DNA of 64,000 bases from Octopus sinensis (taxonomy: Eukaryota), in assembly GCF_006345805.1 (NCBI RefSeq), contig NC_043009.1, positions 41,726,001-41,790,000 on the forward strand, in the 5' to 3' direction. Below, in pieces: positions 54,124 to 64,000 of this stretch (within the stretch, counting starts at the first letter, position 1; each line of letters begins with the position of its first letter). Position numbers and translations under genes: made by a program. The notes below the pieces were generated by a model. The model did not search any database and was not told where the DNA came from. It saw only the letters and a list, made by a program, of their open reading frames with translations.

Positions 54124-55447
54124 TTTCACATTGTACCGGTATTTTCGTAAAAAATGTTAGTCGCCATATGCTAATTTGAATATTTCATTTCATTTTGTTT
54201 AGGTTTTTCTTAGGTTTTCTATATACTTCTTAGCAATGACATTTGAGGAGCGATATCTGATGAACCTTCTGAGAAGCGAAAACTAGATAGAAGTTTGTTA
54301 CTTTTAACTGCCTAAGATCTTTTCACATTTTTATTGTGAGTTTAGACAATGTATTTTTAATAGACCATTCACCGAAAGAAATCCGGTGAAGGCACGTAGC
54401 GTAGTGGCATTGAGCTCACGATCACATGTGGCTTTGTGGGTAAGTTGTTGCATTCACAATAGCAAGATCGTGGTTTCGTAGTTTCGATTGCCAGTAAGAG
54501 TGGTGCGTTTTGATAGTCATCGTTGTGTTCTTGAGGAAAACAGTTCATTTCACGTGACTCCAGGAGAGTTATGATCTTGGTCACTTATGCGTTATGGTAA
54601 CCGGATAACGGGCCCTATGAATGCTAGGACTTGAGACAAAAATGTCCCGGGTTGATGAAAGAATCAAGGCATCATGCTTTGCAAGGCTTTTTCCCCACTT
54701 GTCTGCATAACAGCAGATGAAATAAATAGCAGTAATATTCAATTCGCTATGTAAGCCCGCCATAACACAAACACACATACACACACACACTCACTCTCTC
54801 TCTCTCTCTCTCTCTCTCATAAGTCTGTCTGTTTGTCCCAGTCGGGGAAAAAATCCTTATTGTTGCAGTGGTTGTATTATTTTATTTTTCTGACAATCTA
54901 AATACACATCCCGTTCCTTAAAACCATTTTTTTCTGATGTAGTTTTTATCTTTGCTATAATTTCTATTCATTCGTGTAGTCAGTTCCTCTTGCTTATATT
55001 AAACGCGCCAAAACATCCCACTCCACCTGCCTTAAAATTTTTTGACCATCTATGTTTGATTCTTTATTGTACAGGTTTTCTTTCAAGCATATTAATTAAA
55101 TTCAATTTTTTAAGTATAAATTAATGAAGTCTAGTCATAAGTAGTCTCATGGTATAAACCAGCAAATTATGACTTATGAAACTACTCTGTGAATCTATAA
55201 CGAGATATGTTGAAAGATCTATCTCAATATATGTTAAAAAATTTGTCATGAAAGGTAGAAAGGCTCGATAAGAATAAGGTTACAGGGCAAGATGTCTTTG
55301 AGGGGAGAAACAAGTCGACTTTATCGACCCCGAAAGGATGAAAAGCAAAGTTGACCCTGATGGAATTTGAACTCCGAACATAAAGAGGGCTGCTCTAACA
55401 ATTCTTTAATGATAATTTTAAGTAGTTCATGCCTTTCTGAAAGAGTA

Positions 55448-55682
55448 TTTATTTCTTTAGTGCCCACAGGAGGTTAAATGGAAAGGGGACAAACAAGGAC
55501 AGACAAAGGGATTAAGTCGATTATATCGAGCCCAGTGCGCAATTGGTACTTATTTAATCGACCCCGAAAGGATGAAAGGCAAAGTCGACCTCGGCGGCAT
55601 TTAAACGGCAGAACGTAACGGCAGACGAAATACCGCAAAGTATTTCACCCGGCGTGGTAACGATTCTGCCAGCTCGACACCA
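55448..55682 (-). mobile_element. SINE family B
   Basis: Reverse complement of B; TSD ttctgaaagagtatt/ttctaaaagagtatt. Confidence 0.88.
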
Positions 55683-56829
55683 TTTTCTAAAAGAGTATTG
55701 GGAACATGTGCTTTTAGAGTGGCTCAACAAATAAACTTTGTTCCTTGATACCAAGCTGGATTCATTAACACGAAAATTAGCGTATGGTGTTTTCAAAAGC
55801 TGTAGATTCTACAGCTTCGAAAAAACATCTTTTACTTATGGAGCTCTTTGATGCCTATTTTATCCAGATGGGCCCTCCTAACCATTCAATATTTAAAAAA
55901 AAAACTGTTTTTATAATTAGTTATTATTAAGAGCTGTATTGAAAATTAAAATATGTTGTGCATTGTAGAAATAAATATAACCTGTTTAGTGCACATACAT
56001 TTTAACGACAAAATCTTATATGGACCCCACCAAAGGCAATATGGATCCCGGTTGAGATCCGCTGCTGTAGAGTGTAATACTACATTCTCTCCATTTATTT
56101 TCTGAGTTGAAATTGCATTATATCTGACTTAGCATTTTGTTTTCAGTAAGTTGCTGTTGTTTATTTTGAGATTGATCTTGATCGACGAGATCTACGATTA
56201 AATAAGTTTCAGTCGTGATCATCTAGTTGATTTAGAGATATTTGAAACGAAGTTATCAAATGAAGACTTTGAAATTTAAGACGATACAGTGTGATTTGAG
56301 AAAGAGAGAGGGAGAGAGAGAGGGAGGGAGGGGAAAATTTTGCTGCTATTTCTAGCATTTTTATCGACTATGTAAAGACGTCTTCGTTGGCTTGTAAGGT
56401 TTGACTAGGTTTGACTCGGGAGGGAGTCAGAAAGACTAACGTTGATTAAATCAATTTTCAACTTCACCTCTTCACTTCACCCCAACCACCGACGCCAAGA
56501 AAAAATATAATATCCTGAATAAAATACAAAAAATCAATAACACCGCAATGACGAGTAAAACATGTTTAGAATGATCTAATAGATCGAAGATTGTTCTTCG
56601 ATACTCATTTCATTGTCTATTGCTTGTCAACATTTTATACGAATTACAAAGTACAAGAATATCAACTATCGCAGATAAGTTGAACGAAGTTTCGTCCCCT
56701 GCAGCTGTTACTACTGCTTTTTTACTATAGGCACAAGGCCTGAAATTGCGGGGTGGGGGGATAGTCGATTACATCGACTGGCACCCTCCCCGAAAATTTT
56801 GGGCCTTGTGCCTAGATTAGATAATAATG

Positions 56830-56895
<66 letters not shown>

Positions 56896-56905
56896 TAATA
56901 ATAAT

Positions 56906-57235
56906 TCTTTCTACTATGTGTACAAGGCCTCGAATTTGTGGGGAGGGGCATAGTCGATTACATCGACCCAGTGCTCGACAGAATTTGAACTCAGTACTTA
57001 GCGACAGATAAAATACCTATTTCTTTACTACCCACAGGGGCCAAACACAGAGGGGACAAGCAGATTAAGTGGATTACATCGACCCCAGTGCGTAACAGGT
57101 ACTTAATTTATCGACTCCCGAAAGGATGAAAGACAAAATCGACCTCGGCGGAAATTGAACTCAGAATGTAACGGCAGATGAACTATCGCTAAGCATTTCG
57201 CCCGGTGTGCTAACGTTTCTGCCAGCTCGCCGCTT
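56906..57235 (-). mobile_element. Composite SINE B copies within (AAT)n tracts
   Basis: Both tail types in tandem followed by the B head. Confidence 0.8.
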
Positions 57236-57282
57236 TAATGACAATAACAACAACAACAACAACACCCACAACAACGACGATG

Positions 57283-57327
<45 letters not shown>

Positions 57328-57336
57328 GTAATAGTA

Positions 57337-57391
<55 letters not shown>

Positions 57392-59638
57392 GATAATGCT
57401 ACTTTTGTTGACTAAGTGTTGTATTAATTTTAGAGTTTAGGTTTAAAGGTAAAACATGACAACTAATATGAACAAAATTATAATGGAAGCCAAGAAAAAT
57501 AAGTTACGTTTGAATGTTAGATATTGTTTAAGTGAGCAACCAGCCAATCATAGCTGGCTTAGCTGTCACATCTAGTTTCATTAAATGTTAAATAAAAAGC
57601 AAAACGCTTTCGCAATGTTGGAATGGCTTGATCGGATCTGGTCTGGTCTGAAATAACATTTACCTTTATAATGGACAAATATTCAGTCTCTCCTGGCTAC
57701 TTATACTTCATTAGTTCTAGGAATTCTTCATTCCGTTAGATTAACCTCGAAATTAGTAGAAAAATTTTGGCCTGTTATTTAATAATAGGAAATGCTGACA
57801 GTGATGGTGATTGTGATGGTGATGGTGGTGGTGATGTTGGCGGTGGTGATGATTGTGATGCAGGTGGTTGTGGGTGTGATGAAGGTGGTGGTGTGGCGGT
57901 GATGGTTGTAGGGAATGAGGTGTGGAGAGTGTCAAAGAATCAATACAAAAAGTAAATAAATAAAAAAAAAGAACGCAAAATAGAAAATATAAAAAAAAAA
58001 CAGAAAGAATTCGCTTGGATGTTTTTGTTTTCTTAAAGAAAGAAAATTCCTTGTTTAGAGATGTGTATAGAAAAGCCGGATCTATGCATGGTTCCATCCC
58101 TATAAAAAATGGCCTGTGTAATCGACTTAACCCATTTAGTAACTAGCAGCAGTGCTTACTGAGCCATTGCATGGAATCAAAGACAAAATTTAACCCTGAT
58201 AATCAGGTTTGGATATATAACTATTGACAGTAGACTTCCAAATATATCAATATGTGCTCTATCGAAAAACTAATTTTCCATCTACAGTGTGCATTTTGTC
58301 CATGAGTAAACGGTAAGACAGCTGCCGACATAAAGGCCAACAGAACTTTGCTTGATTTATAATATGTCATTTTCCAACATATGAAATGAAAGCAGTTCCC
58401 GCAGATGTTCGGACGATGCAGCTCCGTCTGCAGTCTACAGATGTTTAGATGGTGCGACTCGATGCGTGTAAAAGTCTGTATAGAAACAACAAACAATGTT
58501 TGGGAGTCGGTGATTTATTGATTTCGCCAACGGAAGTTAGTGTTAACACTAAATATATCATGTAACTCGTATTGATCATTTGTCCAGTTGGTTTGCGTTC
58601 ATTGTTTCTTTCCTTCTCATCTCTCTGATGCTATTGACTTGTTTTTGCACTAGAATTACTCTTCCGACAGACATAACGATCTTTTACACAATATGCAATA
58701 ATTTCTTTTTGCTACTTTCATTCTTTTTACACTTCATGTTGCCATTACGTAAAGTCTCTGCTAGTGACGTTGTGACTACTGCTACGGCTGTCGGCGACGT
58801 TATTTCTTTTGTAATCGGTAGGCGGCGCTAGTTACGTAAATTCTATCATTATTTTTCAATGGCTTCGACTACAATGATACTTTGTTGTAGTTTTTTCCTT
58901 TATCGATGCTTTGAATTTCTTTTAAGTTTCTTTGCCCCATTATCTCTCTCGTACGTTCCATCCCAACTATGTGTGCCTTAACTGCATGCTTATAGAAACA
59001 TAAAATTCATGTTAACTTATACATGAATCCATTTGCATGCACACACACACACACTAACGCATCCAGTCATATAAACTGTTTCATTATCAAACAAACAGAT
59101 GCATGCAAACACCACACACGCACACATCATCACACACACACATCCTCACACACATATCTTCACACATACATACACATACACTCATACACGCGTGTGTACA
59201 AGTAATTTAGTTAGTTTTACACACTAAGAAAGTGATCATAAATCACGATACACATGCTCACATAGTCACGTGTACAATCATATGAAATCTCATGCTCACG
59301 CAATAAGACCTCTCTCTCCCTCATACACGTAGGCAGACACACGCATACATACACACACACACACACACACACAAACACGCATACACACAAATGCTTACAC
59401 ACGCACACACACACATGTGACTAACTGAGCAAGTCTAATAACATCAAATTGAATACATAAAGAGACGGCCTAATAAAATCGAATACACATGGACACACAT
59501 GCACACATACACTCGCTCACGCACAGTTGCATACACGGATGCACATGATTAACTGAGTCTGACACACTAACAAACTGAATACATATTGTGGTAATCAATC
59601 ATACACATACATACATACATACATACATGCATACATAC

Positions 59639-60424
59639 CAGTGGCGACTCCAGTACTCGGGCTGTTCGGGCTTAGCCTGAGTATAAATTTAGTAAAGTGA
59701 ATGTGTATTTACCAAGCTGATTTAATTTCTACCAACACTGACTTCAAGTATGTAATTTCAGCCAATAACTCGGTCTCCTTTTATTGAGCCTGTTCGCAGT
59801 TCATTTATTTTCGTTCAGCGTCTGGCGGTGTCTTAGAAGTACCCTATGTCAAAAAATATCATTCGTAGCAGACGCTCTCTTGACATCGTTCACACGCGCC
59901 TAACTTGGGCTCAGAAGTTACAGCCCGAGTTGTTATCTATAATAGTAAAAATTAAAAGTAATTCAAATTTGATGGTTTCCCAAAACAATAAATGTCTATA
60001 GAGATTAGTGTTCAAATGTCAATCTATGAAAAGTTTCCGTTCTACAATATTCTTAAAGGAACGATAAACTATCCAGCAACTCGGACTAATACGAACGACC
60101 CTAGTAGGTGTCAAAAAACTAACTGACATCTCTTGTCAACAGTACAGGTGACAGTCAGAGGGCTGATGTTTGTTGTGCACTCTGCTGTCTATTTGATTGC
60201 TCTTATGCTGTGCGTTTGTGTGCAATGATTAATTGTGTTTTACAGAGTTGCTTTATTTTAACCCTTAACTTAGAAATGAAGAAAGGCATAGTGCTAGATG
60301 AAAAAACAACAACATAAGGGGCTAAAAACATTGTGCAAGAACGAGAAATTCTTCGAGCAGGCATGTGTCGTATGCGAAATCTCTGATGAGCCCAAATGCC
60401 GCTGATGACCTGAAGTTGCCTCTG
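59639..60424. mobile_element. Non-autonomous hAT-type DNA transposon (786 bp)
   Basis: Imperfect TIRs cagtggcgactcca / tgaagttgcctctg; 8-bp flanking repeat atacatac (59631-59638, 60425-60432), though inside an (ATAC)n tract so the TSD is not independent evidence. Confidence 0.65.
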
Positions 60425-61021
60425 ATACATACATACATACATACATACATACATACATACATACATACATACATACATGCATGGATACATGCATACGTAC
60501 ATATCTACCTACCTACCTACATGTATACATATATACATATATACATACATATATACATACATACATTCATACATACATAGATACATACATGCATACATAA
60601 AAAATCTTACACTATCACTATCAGTCCTTTCCTCTTTCTCTGTCTCTGTCTCTCTCTCGCACGCTCTCTCTCTCTCTCTCTCTCTCTCTCTTCATGCAGA
60701 TACGTGAACACACATAAATATCTGAGCAAATTTCACACAACACAGTAATTACGTATTGCGATAATCAAAAATCTATTCTACTTCGTCTCATTCTGACTGT
60801 CGTTATTGTATTGCTGTGCTGATGCTGGACAGTTGTTTAACCCTTGGTCAGCCCTGATCGAGCAGAAAGGCGGTCAAACACGTTTCAGTCATGAACATCT
60901 GATAATTCTTTTGAGCGTTGCGTATCTTGAACTACATCATCTAATGTGTGTCTCCGATTTGAAGTTGGTAGTATGTAATTTGAGGGTAATTTAGCTGCTA
61001 TGTCTCGCATATGTCTCGTAT

Positions 61022-61410
61022 AGGCGTAGGAGTGGCTGTGTCGCAAGTAGCTTGCTTAGAAACCACATGGTTCTGGATTCAGTCCCACTGCGTGGCACCT
61101 TGGCCAAGTGTATTCTATTATAGTCTCGGGCCGACCAAAGCCTTGTGAATGGACGGAAACTGAAAGAAACCCGTCGTATATATGTATATATATATGCATG
61201 TGTGTGTATATGTTTGTGTGTCTGTATTTGTACCCCAACATCGCTTGACAACCGATGCTGGTGTGTTTACATCCCCGTAACTTAGCTGTTCGGTAAATAG
61301 GACCGATAGAATAAGTACTAGGCTCAGAAAGAATAAGATCTGGGGTCGATTTGCTCGACTAAAGGCGGTGCTCCAGCATGGCCACAGTCAAATGACTGAA
61401 ACAAGTAAAG
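61022..61410 (+). mobile_element. SINE family A, full length
   Basis: aggcgtaggagtggctgtgtc...atgactgaaacaagtaaaga; colinear with 15548-15997. Confidence 0.92.
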
Positions 61411-62578
61411 ATATCAGGCTTTGTCAACGACTAAAGATAAAGCTTAGAAAAAATTATTTATCTCTTCCTTGTGCACTTGTTTATCTGAGAAGTAAAGAAA
61501 ACTCTTGGATATCGTAATTCTTTAGAAATGTTTGTGTTCAAGTTCATTTACATATCTATGTATTTCGCTCTCTGCTTTTGACTGTTTGTCTGTCTCCCTC
61601 TCTTGGTTTTTAGTGATGAATAGAATTATTACAACATGCGAAAAATCCAAAATTTGTGGCACTGTGTGCGTTTATAGTAGTGAGTGTCGCACGTACGCGT
61701 GCATGCATAGACAGGCACTCACTACCATAAACGCATATGCCAGGAAAACAATGGTCATGACCAGAAGTCTTTGGAGTATAAGAACTGGTCAGTTATGATT
61801 GACTTGAAACAAAACAAACACAACAACAATAAACATAATATTCTTATAAAAGATGACATAAATTAAAATAAAGATTATCATAAATTACCACAAATCGTAA
61901 TGGATAATGTTCTATTCCCGCCAAGCAAGTTAGTGCTTTAATTCTATTGTCCGGGATTCTAATTCCGTTGGCGTCAAAGAATTTTAATAACTCCAGATTC
62001 GTTATAAACAGGCTTTCATTAAATAAAAGAGACAAAAGCAGCAAAATATTTCCCTTGTATTTATTCAAGAACATTTTACGAGGAAGAGAAATTTAACACT
62101 CAAGAAATATAGAAACGGATACTTTGGTTTCCTTCTTTTATAATAAATATTACGATTCATTTATATGTTGATGTTGATATTGTTGTTGTTGGTGGTGGTG
62201 ATGATGTTAGTCATTTAACCATTTGAGCACAAGTATGATCAAGCAAATCTATGATCAAAAGCCTTCCACCTGCAGCTATCGTGATCCATGCAAAGCGTAT
62301 ACAAGAGAGCATTATTCAACGCATCCTCCCTTCATTTTTAAAACTTTAGGGTGAGTACTGAGAGGGACTCTGTCACTATTTCTAGTACGTCAAGCCACAA
62401 TGTAGACTCTCCCTCGTTGGCTCACATTTCACTTATATTATGTTATCGTGCTGGTGGACATATATCGATAGTATGTGATTGGCGATTTTCAGAATGTAAC
62501 GGTGGTGCTAAAGGGTGACTGCAGCCGCATGGCTGAACCGCATAAGACAAATAAGATATTTAATACGCCACACCAATA

Positions 62579-62811
62579 AGGCGGCAAGCTGGCAGAACCG
62601 TTAGCACACCGGGCGAAATGCTTAGCGGTAGTTCATCTGCCGTTACGTTCTGAGTTCAAATTCCGCCGAGGTCGACTTTGCCTTTCATCCTTTTCAGGGT
62701 CGATAAATTAAGTACCACTTACGCACTTGAGTCGATATAATCGACTTAATCCGTTTGTCTGTCCTTGCTTGTCTCCTCTGTGTTTAGTCCCTTGTGGGTA
62801 GTAAAGAAATA
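62579..62811 (+). mobile_element. SINE family B, full length
   Basis: aggcggcaagctggcagaaccgttagc...ttgtgggtagtaaagaaata; TSD-like taatacgccacaccaat/taatacgccaaaccaat. Confidence 0.9.
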
Positions 62812-63702
62812 TATAATACGCCAAACCAATGTCTCTTGTAAAGAAAAAAGAGCAGCAAAACTGAAGAAACGACAACAAGAACATCAGCAATAATAAAAAC
62901 AATAACAATGATTTTGTTATTACGTTAAGAATTCGTTTATTCCTTTATTGAATTTCCAGTCTGATCTTTCTGCGTATAGAACAATGTATGTCAACTTAAA
63001 GAGCAGATAATATCATCGTTTATGATAAAGCTAAATATAAAACGAGAAAATTGAAGAACTAGTAACTGGAAATCGCCAACATGGCAGTTAGAGAGAGAGA
63101 GAGAGGGGGAGGGAAAGAAGGAGCGAGAAAGAACGTAGTGGCGGAAGCAGGACTTTAAATTGCTCCCCTTCTAACCGGATTCTGACGTTTCTTTATTTGC
63201 AAAAGAAGTGTGCGGCAGACTAACTGCAAAACGAAGTGTAAAGTAATGGTCAACGTTGTAAAGAACGGAGTAGCTAAATGCATTATTTGATACTAGCGGT
63301 AGTTGGAGAAGCCTGAATGGCAGTCGGAGGAGGGGGCTTCTGTGGGTGTCGGAGGAGGGCATGAGTGGTAGTCGGAGGAGAAGAATGAGTGGTAATTTCC
63401 GTATTGAGCGAGATTTGCTGAAAGAATTAATCAGTTGTACATTTGAAGCGAAGACTTAAAACTTGAATTGATTTTTCCGGATTTAGAAGTGAGGGAAATA
63501 ATATAATTTCATGTAACAATACGCTCAATTTGTCTGAAACAATTTACAGCCTGGACCAGTGTTCCGTGGTTTTATTGAAACTGGGCACTTTTACTCTAAC
63601 AACAGCGCTTGGTCAATAGACAGCCCAGAGACTGACGATTATAAAAAGAGCGATGCGTATATGTACAGATATACGTACAGGCATCGCGTATGCATTTATA
63701 TG

Positions 63703-63744
<42 letters not shown>

Positions 63745-63816
63745 TGTGTGCGTGTATGACATATATATGAATATATGTTTGGCGGGAGAGAGAAAACGAA
63801 GAAAACGGAAGATAGA

Positions 63817-63832
63817 TGAAATAATAATGATG

Positions 63833-63890
<58 letters not shown>

Positions 63891-63908
63891 TGATGATGAT
63901 GATGATGA

Positions 63909-63958
<50 letters not shown>

Positions 63959-64000
63959 CGACGACGACGACGACGATGGTGATGATGATGATGACGATGA
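63817..64000. repeat. (AAT)n-(GAT)n-(GAC)n microsatellite
   Basis: Direct reading. Confidence 0.95.

Noticed and set aside
58221-58496. 91-aa minus-strand ORF in unique sequence
   Set aside because: No recognisable family; length compatible with chance.
60383-60412. Two CTGATGA motifs
   Set aside because: No downstream stem II and GAAA; lies within the hAT-like element end.
63324-63395. Three gtcggaggag repeats at ~22-24 bp spacing
   Set aside because: Short local tandem duplication; not CRISPR (eukaryotic context, no cas genes, no regular spacers).

Overview
AT-rich, repeat-saturated animal non-coding DNA (intergenic or intronic). The tRNA-derived SINE set and extreme (TA)n/(CA)n/(ATAC)n/(AAT)n content point to an octopus (coleoid cephalopod); this is inference from repeat content. 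No intact host gene is recognisable, and nearly all track ORFs are microsatellite or SINE artefacts. Recognisable content: dozens of SINE copies in about four families (labelled A-D here); a near full-length decayed mariner (44235-45521) plus two mariner fragments; RTE, Tx1/L1-like and Dong/R4-like LINE remnants; hAT- and Tc1-type MITEs; an interstitial TTAGGG-like tract. The most interesting signal is a set of short non-coding elements, mostly inserted in (TA)n tracts, that carry minimal type I hammerhead ribozyme motifs with palindromic (dimer-forming) stem III and Penelope-type inverted 5' duplications. One family has a rare G3:C8 core variant on both arms of a long fold-back (30725-30881). 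All structures were read by eye and are untested.
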